Assembly (NCBI GenBank): GCA_963743305.1
Contig: CAVUPH010000014.1
Span: 464,746 to 528,745, forward strand
Length of the DNA: 64,000 bases
Reading direction: 5' to 3'
Source of the DNA: an uncultured delta proteobacterium
Lineage (GTDB): Bacteria > Desulfobacterota > RBG-13-43-22
The translations under genes and the position numbers were made by a program. Below are positions 10,731 through 18,687 of the stretch, one piece after another. The notes below the pieces were generated by a model that saw only the letters and a list, made by a program, of their open reading frames with translations, was not told where the DNA came from and searched no databases. The stretch's first letter is position 1, and the number at the start of each line of letters is the position of its first letter.

Positions 10731-11381
10731 TTAAAAAAATCCAGGGGAAAAAGCTAGAAGGAATTGGCCGGCGTAATACAGGGGAAGCCCGATCAGGCGG
10801 TTGAAAAATGTCTTTCTAATGAATTGATCGCGGGCCACAAAAAGATCCGAAAGGTAAAACAGGATGGCCCCCCAGAAAAGCAAGGCCTTTCCCGTCCAGG
10901 GCAGGTCAGGACTTTCGAAAACCGCCCAGGCCCCGAAGACCATCAGCGTAATAACCGCCACGTAGGCCAGAACCGGAAGCTTCATGGCCCCCAGATGGGA
11001 CCAAAGCCAGCAACAGGTTCCCAAACTGATGGCGAGAACAAGAAAGTCCCCGGGAGAAAACCAGCCCTTGAAAGGGATCAGGAAAGTGAAGGCCAGGATA
11101 TAGAGCACATGGCCAAGCAGGAAAGCCACCAATCCTGCCCTAAACCACTTCAGCCCCGAAAAAGCTAAGCAAACATCCCCTACCAGGCAAAAGATTAACC
11201 CCAGTGTCAAAAATCGGGTGAATGATTCGTTGCCGCCCGGCTGAAGAAAAACCGGGATTACAAAAAGAAGGGACAGCAAGGACTTGGTCACGATTCGGCC
11301 AAAGGGTTGTCCCATTTTTTCATAATAAAGAAGGACGATCAGCAAAAGGACCCCTAAGCCCGGAATAAGAAGATACCCCAT
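10731..11381 (-). CDS. YhhN/lysoplasmalogenase-family membrane protein
   Basis: Hydrophobic; motifs GD-V-C-L, GLVAFLLGH, YLSD...ARDQF, YYAGQ. Confidence 0.85.
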   Translation of the reverse strand: MGYLLIPGLGVLLLIVLLYYEKMGQPFGRIVTKSLLSLLFVIPVFLQPGGNESFTRFLTLGLIFCLVGDVCLAFSGLKWFRAGLVAFLLGHVLYILAFTFLIPFKGWFSPGDFLVLAISLGTCCWLWSHLGAMKLPVLAYVAVITLMVFGAWAVFESPDLPWTGKALLFWGAILFYLSDLFVARDQFIRKTFFNRLIGLPLYYAGQFLLAFSPGFF

Positions 11382-11485
11382 ACTATCCTTTCAATTGATG
11401 CTCGCCGGTATTGGATTCAAAGGCCTAACCAATAATAGTAGTCAGCGTTTTGAAACAGCCAGGGCTTGGAGTCCGGCAAAGGGCA

Positions 11486-12376
11486 TTATAGTTCCTCCTC
11501 CAGATCCTCGATCACCAACCTGACGATCTCAGGCAGGTCTTTCAGGTCATGGGGCCGGATAAGGCGCCGGAAGATGACTTGCCGGGCAAGACTGGCGGAA
11601 TGCAGGAAGTGTTGCCGTTGGTTTATCCCGGCCTTTAGGGATCGAGGGGTATAGGAATAACGAAGCAAGGCGATAACCGCTTCCGGCCGGCTAACCGGCA
11701 ATAGTTCGATATCTTTGCCTTTTTCGAGAAGGTAAATGCGCTTCAGTGGAAGAGGCGCGACTGAAAACCCCTTGAGTACCCTGGGGGTAATCTTTTCTTC
11801 AAGAGGATTCCCAGGAGGAGAATTTTCCGGATCGAAACCCAGGGAGGCGGCTGTTTCCGAATAGAGTTTTAGTTGAGGAAAAGCCGGGCAGATCAGAGGG
11901 GCGGCTTCATCGGTCCGGATGACCAAGACGTCGTCGGAAATGAGGGGATATTTGTCGCTGAAGGCCGCCGCCATGGTGGACTTGCCTTCACCGGAATGAC
12001 CTAAAAAAACCGCCCCTTGGCCGTCGATAGCCACGGCGCTTCCATGCAAAACGAGGGAGCCCCGTAGAAAGGCCAGAGTCCCGAGCACATTGCCCAAGAG
12101 AAAAAGACGCAACGAACCTTCGTCTACCCCGGGGGCCGGATCAATGAGAATTTTCCGGCTTTCACGAATCAAAAAAGAGCCGATGCCGGCATAAGAAAAA
12201 TAGGCTTCCCCGTTTGTCACCCGTATGGTTGTTTCCGAAAACCGGTCCGGGGAGCCGGCTTCACCCGGCCGGGGGAAAAAAATATTCACATCATATTTAC
12301 CCGCACTCCCCTCAATCAGTTCAGGAAGTTGCAGCTCAGAACGGATGGCCAAGCCAAAGGCCTGGTAGTAATACAA
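11486..12376 (-). CDS. HPr-kinase-like RiPP serine kinase (PadeK/ThcoK-like)
   Basis: LHGSAV...GHSGEGKST Walker A, LISDD, PAFPQLKL; N-terminal YQAFGLAIRSE typical of lasso-cluster kinases; adjacent to precursors. Confidence 0.85.
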   Translation of the reverse strand: MYYYQAFGLAIRSELQLPELIEGSAGKYDVNIFFPRPGEAGSPDRFSETTIRVTNGEAYFSYAGIGSFLIRESRKILIDPAPGVDEGSLRLFLLGNVLGTLAFLRGSLVLHGSAVAIDGQGAVFLGHSGEGKSTMAAAFSDKYPLISDDVLVIRTDEAAPLICPAFPQLKLYSETAASLGFDPENSPPGNPLEEKITPRVLKGFSVAPLPLKRIYLLEKGKDIELLPVSRPEAVIALLRYSYTPRSLKAGINQRQHFLHSASLARQVIFRRLIRPHDLKDLPEIVRLVIEDLEEEL

Positions 12377-12417
12377 ATCTATTCCCTATTGTCCTCGGAT
12401 TATTTTGAGGGCGCGGT

Positions 12418-12573
12418 TCAGACTGGGCCGCTTGGTTGGATTTGCCCCAATTTAAAACCTTCCGGATTGATCAGGTTTTCCTCGGTAATCTTTTCCACCG
12501 ATCCGTGAACGACCAATTCAGGTTTCTGGTAGGGCTTCTTTTTCCTCTGGATCAGAGTCTCTTTCTCTTTCAT
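12418..12573 (-). CDS. Lasso-type RiPP precursor A2 (51 aa)
   Basis: MKEKETLIQRKKKPYQKPELVVHGSVEKITEENLINPEGFKLGQIQPSGPV; YxxPxL..G...T leader motif; AGGGAGG RBS before ATG at 12573. Confidence 0.85.
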   Translation of the reverse strand: MKEKETLIQRKKKPYQKPELVVHGSVEKITEENLINPEGFKLGQIQPSGPV

Positions 12574-12679
12574 CTTCCGCCCTCCCTGGTTTTTCGTAGT
12601 CATCCCGGAATAAGTCCTGGACTCGGGAAGCTCCGCTGACGAAACTCCAGGGCCTCCATGATTGGAAAAAGGGTCGGGG

Positions 12680-12832
12680 TTAAACGGTGCCGGATATAGA
12701 AGCGTTGGATTTAAAACCTTCTCGGTTGATCAAGCTTTGTTCGGTGATCTTTTCCACCGATCCGTGAACGACCAGTTCGGGTTTTTGGTACGGCTTCTTT
12801 TTCTTCTCGATCAGAATTTCTTTTTCTTTCAT
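12680..12832 (-). CDS. Lasso-type RiPP precursor A1 (50 aa; absent from the ORF track)
   Basis: Own translation: MKEKEILIEKKKKPYQKPELVVHGSVEKITEQSLINREGFKSNASISGTV*; same leader motif and RBS as A2. Confidence 0.85.
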   Translation of the reverse strand: MKEKEILIEKKKKPYQKPELVVHGSVEKITEQSLINREGFKSNASISGTV

Positions 12833-13011
12833 TTTCTACCCTCCCTTGTTTTTCGTAGTCATCCCGGAATAAGTCCTGGACTCGGGAAGCTCCGCCCAGC
12901 ACTGGAATCCGGCCTTCGCCAGAATAACGACCTGATTAAACCAGATAATACCCTGTTATCATGCTTCCTGGGTATCCGAAGCGGATATGGGGAAATTATT
13001 TGTATTGGAGA

Positions 13012-13450
13012 TTACCTTTTGCGAAACTCCAGATTCTCCAGGGTTGGAAAAGCGATATATGGTTCAACCGCTCCCCCGAGCAGCACCAGTCCTTGGGATT
13101 CCAGCCAGGCGTGGGCCTTCACCCGCTTTTCGGATTCGATCCTTTAATACCCCGATGCGTAGGTCCGTCTGATGTCCATGTCGAGCCAGAAAGACTTGCC
13201 CGGCAATGGCCCGCACCAGGCAGGTGGCCCGGGGCACATTTCTCCCGGCGGTATCCATCGCCCCCAGCAATCGATTCAGTGGAAATGAAGCCGGTCCTCG
13301 TTTGATCGGGGCCCGCTTGATCAGGGTCAGCATCGTCCGGAAAGGAAGAAGCCGCAAACCGCATTTCGCCACCCAGAGGAACAGCAACGCTTTTATCAAG
13401 AGTCCCTTTTCGGATAAAGGCAGCTTTAGAAAATTATGCACCTTTTTCAT
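13012..13450 (-). CDS. Lasso peptide B2 leader peptidase (transglutaminase-like), frameshifted near 13110-13140
   Basis: TCLVRAIAG...LRIGVLK in one frame; catalytic-His motif KAHAWLESQG...EFRKR* in a shifted frame ending at 13012. Confidence 0.85.
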
Positions 13451-13736
13451 CGGTACACTCGATCAGGCCGTTGGCCAAAAGGTTCTTTATTAATTCGACT
13501 AAATCCCGCTCACATTGATCGGGCTCCACCTGATATTCCTTGAGGATTTGATCCTTGAGGCTGCTTATTTTAATCGGTTTTTGAATTGAATTCCAGATAA
13601 AGGTTCCCAATGGGTTCATACCATAGTACACCCCGGCCTTCAGCGCCAGAATAACCGATTCCCCTCCTAAGTCGCACGAGACCTGGTCCTGAACAGCGAC
13701 TACGGTTTGAGATATCAAGAAATCATCCTGCGACAT
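13434..13736 (-). CDS. PqqD-family RiPP recognition element (lasso B1)
   Basis: QVSCDLGGESVIL...GVYYGMNPLGTFIW...EYQVEPDQCERD...GLIE. Confidence 0.92.
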   Translation of the reverse strand: MSQDDFLISQTVVAVQDQVSCDLGGESVILALKAGVYYGMNPLGTFIWNSIQKPIKISSLKDQILKEYQVEPDQCERDLVELIKNLLANGLIECTDEKGA

Positions 13737-13832
13737 GGCGACTCTCTATCAAGATGTAACCCTGCGTTTTCCAAAATAGCCCATTGATTATTATATAAAA
13801 AGGAACTGGCGGATGAACTCGTTGGCGAAACC

Positions 13833-14054
13833 TCAGGCTTTGTGCCGGTGAATGATCAGACCGTGGGTGGGGTCATAGAGGGAAACGCCCACCGTCACCC
13901 TATCCCCATCGATGACTCGTATTTTGTAGCGCTTCATGGCCCCGGACAACTTAGCCGTGATGACGCCCCCACTCTCCAGGGTAATGACGTAGTTTCCCCC
14001 TCCCGTGGTTTTGGTGACGCGACCCTCAACATGGACCAAATCGTCCTTGGACAA
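13833..14054 (-). CDS. infA: Translation initiation factor IF-1
   Basis: MSKDDLVHVEG...LSGAMKRYKIRVIDGDRVTV...YDPTHGLIIHR. Confidence 0.92.
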   Translation of the reverse strand: MSKDDLVHVEGRVTKTTGGGNYVITLESGGVITAKLSGAMKRYKIRVIDGDRVTVGVSLYDPTHGLIIHRHKA

Positions 14055-14163
14055 TATCCCTTCTCCTTATACCTTTTTGCCGGACAGCGGAAACAAAAAT
14101 ATCCCTTTCTCCCTGGGGAGAAGTAAAAAGATAAGTTTCGATATCGGTTACGAAAGCGGCTGG

Positions 14164-14508
14164 CTAATAGCGGCCGCGGGGTTTGGAAGTTCGTCCTCTT
14201 CCGCCGCCTCCCCCCGGCCGGCCCTGTCCTCCTTTATAACCGCCGCCATCCTCACGCGGCGTTTGCGGACGGGCTTCGGACACTGTCAGCGCGCGTCCGT
14301 CAAATTCTTTCCCGTTCATCTTTTCAATGGCGTCCGCGGCTTCGGCCTCCGAATTCATTTCCACAAAACCAAAACCCTTGCTGAGCCCGCTGTAGCGATC
14401 CGTTATGATTTTGGCGGATTGTACCGTCCCGAAAGGGGTGAAAAGATCCTTCAGCGATTCGTCCGTGACAGTGAAACGAAGATTCCCCACATATAATTTA
14501 TTACCCAT
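14164..14508 (-). CDS. RRM RNA-binding protein with Gly/Arg-rich tail
   Basis: RNP2 KLYVGNL and RNP1 KGFGFVEM. Confidence 0.93.
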   Translation of the reverse strand: MGNKLYVGNLRFTVTDESLKDLFTPFGTVQSAKIITDRYSGLSKGFGFVEMNSEAEAADAIEKMNGKEFDGRALTVSEARPQTPREDGGGYKGGQGRPGGGGGRGRTSKPRGRY

Positions 14509-14863
14509 ACACCCTCCTTATAGCAGTAGGTTCCAGTTAAAGAGGTCGTGGGCAAAAGGACCAGGAACTCTTTAAGGGCAGTAATATTTTGATTCTTTTA
14601 TAACAAATTTTTTTCTCCTAATCCAGTATTATCTTCGAGTCGGCGGTCTTTTGGGTGAGTTCTCCCTCCTGTCTATCTGGTCTGGCCGATCTTAAGTTAA
14701 TCATCCCCATCGACTTCCAAGTATATCCAATCCTCCAGCAATCAGCAAGCCGTTTACCGCCCTTCTCTTTTACCTGAATTAAATGGCGTACCAATTTCCG
14801 TAACTCTTCCTTCTCCCAATACCAAAATTTTGAAAAATTTCCAGCAACTATCTCTCTTTTTCC

Positions 14864-14922
14864 TTGACAAGGCCCCTTTTTCTTATATATTAAACATAAG
14901 TGGGGAATTGTGGGGAATTGTG
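14864..14922 (+). promoter_or_regulatory. dcw sigma70 promoter and MraZ-binding direct repeats
   Basis: TTGACA (14864) ... TATATT (14886), then GTGGGGAATT-GTGGGGAATT-GTG with 10-bp period upstream of mraZ. Confidence 0.8.
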
Positions 14923-14955
14923 TTTTCATTTTCCAAACAAAGGGGAGTTTGAAAG

Positions 14956-15396
14956 TTGTTTCGAGGCCGTTCGCTTCATTTGATCGATCAAAAGGGCCGG
15001 TTGAATATTCCGACCCGCTTTCGTGAGATTTTGAAGGCCAAAGGGGATGGCCGTTTAATCGTCACCAACTGGGAGGATTGTCTGGCCGCCTATCCCTACG
15101 AAGAATGGCAGCGAATTGAAGAAAAGATGAGCCAATTGTCTTCGGTGGACCGGGATATTCGATCCTTCAAACGTTTCTTCATTTCCGGGGCCTGCGAATG
15201 CAGCCTGGACAGCCAAAGTCGGATTTTGATTCCACCGGCTTTGCGGGAATTTGCCGGCCTGGAAAAAGAAGTCATCGTAGCCGGTCAGTTGAAATATTTT
15301 GAAATTTGGGACAAATCAAAAATCGAGGAAGAGCTAAAAAGGGTCCAAACCAATTTACCGGCATTAGAAAACAAAATTGCCACACTGGGGCTGTAA
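14956..15396 (+). CDS. mraZ: Division/cell wall cluster repressor MraZ
   Basis: MFRG...IDQKGRLNIP...LDSQSRILIP...FEIWD. Confidence 0.96.
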   Translation: MFRGRSLHLIDQKGRLNIPTRFREILKAKGDGRLIVTNWEDCLAAYPYEEWQRIEEKMSQLSSVDRDIRSFKRFFISGACECSLDSQSRILIPPALREFAGLEKEVIVAGQLKYFEIWDKSKIEEELKRVQTNLPALENKIATLGL

Positions 15397-15404
15397 GAAA
15401 GACT

Positions 15405-16355
15405 ATCGAAGCACGAGTTCATCAACCGGTCTTAGTCAGTGAGGTGCTCGGCTATCTTCCCCGGGGGGAGGGGAAGATAATCGTGGATGGCACCGTAGGC
15501 ACCGGGGGGCACACCTTGGCCATCTTGCAGCATTTTCCCGAAACCACCCGCGTTCTGGGGTTCGACCGCGATGCTGAAAGCTTAGCTTTCGCCCGGGAGC
15601 GTCTGAAACCCTTTGCTGAGCGAGTGACCCTGGTCCAAGGCGCCTTTGGAGAACTGGCGGGACTCTGTTCTCAGGCAGGGTTCCGTCAGGTGGATGGGAT
15701 CTTATTGGATCTGGGTTTTTCCTCTTATCAGTTGGCTGCCACCGGTCGGGGATTCAGTTTTCAGCGGGCTGATCCTTTGGATATGCGTCTGGATCAAACC
15801 CAGGGCCGCACCGCCCTGGATTGGTTGAACCACCTGGATGAGCGGACCTTGGCCGACCGTTTGTTTGAATATGGGGAGGAGCGCCGTTCCCGCCGGATTG
15901 CTCGAGAAATTATGGCAACCCGCCGGTTGCGTTCCTTGGAAAATACCCAGGATCTGGTGGAGGCCATCCTGCGGGCCATCCCATCCCGTTGGCGGGAAAA
16001 ACGCCTGCATCCGGCGACCCGTACTTTTCAAGCCCTCCGTATCTTGGTTAACGATGAGCTGAACCAATTGCGTCAGTTTCTGGAAGGCGTTGCCCGGCTC
16101 CTGGCGGCGGGGGGCCGGGTCTGTTTGATTGCCTACCATTCCCTGGAAGACCGTCTGATCAAGCAGGCATTTCAATCTTTGGAAAAGGGGTTCAACCCCT
16201 TTGAAGAATCCGCCGGCGAGGCGGTCCAATCGTTTCTTCCTTTTCGACGGTTGACCAGAAAACCGGTTACCCCCAGCCGGGAGGAAATAGTAAATAACCC
16301 TCGGGCCCGGGGGGCCAAACTCAGGGTGGGGGAACGATACGAGTTAAACCAATGA
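15405..16355 (+). CDS. rsmH: 16S rRNA m4C1402 methyltransferase (start uncertain)
   Basis: HQPV, DGTVGTGGH, LDLGFSS, PLDMR, HPATRTFQALRI, YHSLEDR, NPRARGAKLR. Confidence 0.95.
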   Translation: MEARVHQPVLVSEVLGYLPRGEGKIIVDGTVGTGGHTLAILQHFPETTRVLGFDRDAESLAFARERLKPFAERVTLVQGAFGELAGLCSQAGFRQVDGILLDLGFSSYQLAATGRGFSFQRADPLDMRLDQTQGRTALDWLNHLDERTLADRLFEYGEERRSRRIAREIMATRRLRSLENTQDLVEAILRAIPSRWREKRLHPATRTFQALRILVNDELNQLRQFLEGVARLLAAGGRVCLIAYHSLEDRLIKQAFQSLEKGFNPFEESAGEAVQSFLPFRRLTRKPVTPSREEIVNNPRARGAKLRVGERYELNQ

Positions 16356-16684
16356 AATCCATTCTTAAGCCACAGCCCCATACCCGCAAGAAGCGCACCC
16401 AGGAACCCGGACAGTCCATTCCTCCTGTTTTAAAATATGCCGTCCCGCTGGCTTTCGTTTTGGTGATCGGCATAATTTTTTATGTCTGGCTTCAAGTTCA
16501 AATGGTGGGGTTGAGTTACGAGATTTCCAAGGCTCAAAACCAAAAGAAGGAACTGGTGGAGACCAATAAGAAACTACGCATCCAATGGGCCAGCCTGAGA
16601 TCACCGGACCGCATTGAACAGATTGCCTTAAATCAATTGGGCCTGCGGCCTCCGGAACGGGGACAAATCGAGATCCTCCCATGA
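16352..16684 (+). CDS. ftsL: Cell division protein FtsL
   Basis: One TM helix plus coiled coil, LRSPDRIEQIA; lies between rsmH and ftsI. Confidence 0.85.
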   Translation: MKSILKPQPHTRKKRTQEPGQSIPPVLKYAVPLAFVLVIGIIFYVWLQVQMVGLSYEISKAQNQKKELVETNKKLRIQWASLRSPDRIEQIALNQLGLRPPERGQIEILP

Positions 16685-18663
16685 ACGCGCCGGAATTCAA
16701 ATGGATCCACTTCCGCCTTTATCTGATTTTGGGACTGAGTTGTTTTTTATTTGTGGTTGTCGTCCTCCGGGCCGGGCAACTGCAGCTTTTAGAGGGCCCT
16801 CGGTTGTCGAAATATGCCGACCATGAATTTCGCAAACAAATTCCACGAACCCATAAAAGAGGGATTATCTTCGACCGTAATCGAAATGAATTGGCGCTAA
16901 CGGTGGAGATGGAATCCATTTTTGTGCATCCGAAAGAGGTGGCCGATCCGGAATTGGTCTCTCAGCGGCTTTCGCCCGCTTTGGGTCTGGATCGGCGGCG
17001 GATCCTCTTCCAAATGGCCCAGGGGAGGCCCTTCTTATTTTTGAAAAGACGGGCTACCCCGGATCAGGTTGAGGCGGTAAGGGCCCAGGGTTTGCCCGGG
17101 GTGGCCTTTACCAAGGAGGCCCAGCGTTTCTACCCCTATTCGGATTTGGCCTGCCACGTTATCGGCATGGTGGGCTCCGATCCCGACGGACTGGAAGGCA
17201 TTGAGCGACAATACAATACCTACCTGAAGAGCCCTTATCTTTATGAATCCAGCGTCCGAGACGCCCTGGGGCGTTCCCTCTATCTCAAGGACGTGGAGGC
17301 CGTTCAGGAGAACGAGGGGCACAGCCTCATCTTGACCCTGGATAAAAATATTCAATACCTGGCGGAAAAAGAGCTGAAAAAAGGAGTGATCAAAGCCCAG
17401 GCTAAAGGCGGAATGGCCGTTGTCCTCAACCCCAAGACCGGCGAGGTCCTGGCCCTGGCCAATCAGCCCGCCTACAATTTAAATGCCGCCAAGAGTTTCC
17501 CGCTACCCAACCGCCGAAACCAGGTGATCACCGATACCTTTGAGCCGGGCTCCACTTTTAAGACCTTTTTGATGGCGGCCGCCTTAGAGGAGAAAAAATT
17601 CAATCCCAACGAAATGATTTTCTGTGAAAACGGGTCCTATCACGTCGGGTCCCATGTCATTCACGATGCGCACAAACACGGCTGGCTTTCCTTCGCCGAT
17701 GTCCTTAAGGTTTCGAGCAATATCGGGGCTACCAAAATCGGCCGGAAGGTGGGTCCGAAGACTTTTTATTCGTACATCAAGAAATTCGGATTCGGCGCTT
17801 CCACCCGAATCGACCTGCCGGGCGAAGTACCCGGGTTAGTCTGGCCCTATCAACGGTGGGGCGAAATCGAAGCCTCCAACATTTGCTTCGGTCAGGGAAT
17901 TTCGGTATCGGCCCTGCAACTGATTACCGCTTTGGGCGCTATTGCCAACGATGGCCGTTTAATGAAACCCTACCTGGTTTCTCAGATCTTGGACCAGAAA
18001 GGGCAGCCGGCCAGGACCTTTGCCCCTCAACCGGTTCGCCAGGTCTTGTCGCCGGAAACCGCCCGCTTGATGCGGCAATTACTCATCAGGGTGACTGAAC
18101 CGGGGGGAACCGCACCCCAGGCGGCTATTGAAGGGATTGCCGTGGGGGGCAAAACCGGAACCGCCCAAAAAGTGGCTCCGGAAACCAGGCATTATGCCTC
18201 GGGGAAGTATGTTTCCACCTTCATGGGTTTTTTGCCGGCGGAGGAACCGGCCCTGGTCATCCTGGTGATTATCGATGAACCGAAAGGGAGTCATTACGGT
18301 GGGGTCGTGGCCGCCCCGGTTTTCAAAGCAATTGCCGAACAGTCTTTGCCGTTGATCGGCATCAAACGCTTAACTCCGGCGACGCCTGCCGCACCGGCGA
18401 TCGAACGGTCCGATCCCACGCCCTGGGTGATGGCCCAGCGGGCTTTGGAGCAGGGGCCCGTCCCGGCGGAACTCCAGGCCAAGAATCAATTGATGCCCGA
18501 TTTGCGAGGATTGAGCCTGCGTAAGGCCGCAGAGGTTTTGAAAAACTATCCACTCGAGACGATCCTGGAAGGAAGTGGAAAAGCGGTCTCTCAAAAGCCT
18601 TTACCGGGGACGGCGATAACCCAGGGAACCCGCTGTCAGGTGCAATTTCGTCCCTATCTTTAA
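16681..18663 (+). CDS. ftsI: PBP3 transpeptidase with C-terminal PASTA-like domain
   Basis: RGIIFDRN, EPGSTFK (SxxK), SSN, KTGTAQK. Confidence 0.95.
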   Translation: MNAPEFKWIHFRLYLILGLSCFLFVVVVLRAGQLQLLEGPRLSKYADHEFRKQIPRTHKRGIIFDRNRNELALTVEMESIFVHPKEVADPELVSQRLSPALGLDRRRILFQMAQGRPFLFLKRRATPDQVEAVRAQGLPGVAFTKEAQRFYPYSDLACHVIGMVGSDPDGLEGIERQYNTYLKSPYLYESSVRDALGRSLYLKDVEAVQENEGHSLILTLDKNIQYLAEKELKKGVIKAQAKGGMAVVLNPKTGEVLALANQPAYNLNAAKSFPLPNRRNQVITDTFEPGSTFKTFLMAAALEEKKFNPNEMIFCENGSYHVGSHVIHDAHKHGWLSFADVLKVSSNIGATKIGRKVGPKTFYSYIKKFGFGASTRIDLPGEVPGLVWPYQRWGEIEASNICFGQGISVSALQLITALGAIANDGRLMKPYLVSQILDQKGQPARTFAPQPVRQVLSPETARLMRQLLIRVTEPGGTAPQAAIEGIAVGGKTGTAQKVAPETRHYASGKYVSTFMGFLPAEEPALVILVIIDEPKGSHYGGVVAAPVFKAIAEQSLPLIGIKRLTPATPAAPAIERSDPTPWVMAQRALEQGPVPAELQAKNQLMPDLRGLSLRKAAEVLKNYPLETILEGSGKAVSQKPLPGTAITQGTRCQVQFRPYL

Positions 18664-18687
18664 GGTCCATTAGCAGAGGGTCCTGAT

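Larger units (their letters stand above)
12418..12895. repeat. Tandem duplication (period 259 bp) of precursor gene plus 5' leader
   Basis: Identical 48-mers at 12589-12636 and 12848-12895; near-identical leader-peptide codons; divergent core codons. Confidence 0.9.

Noticed and set aside
12574-12603. Upstream ATG extension (MTTKNQGGRK) of precursor A2
   Set aside because: The equivalent frame in copy A1 has a TAG stop, and the RBS sits before the second ATG.
12418-12895. Direct repeats as a possible CRISPR array
   Set aside because: Only two copies, 259 bp period, the units encode peptides, and no cas genes are present.
14618-14929. 103 aa ORF upstream of mraZ
   Set aside because: Overlaps the dcw promoter/operator in an AT-rich divergent intergenic region and has no motifs.
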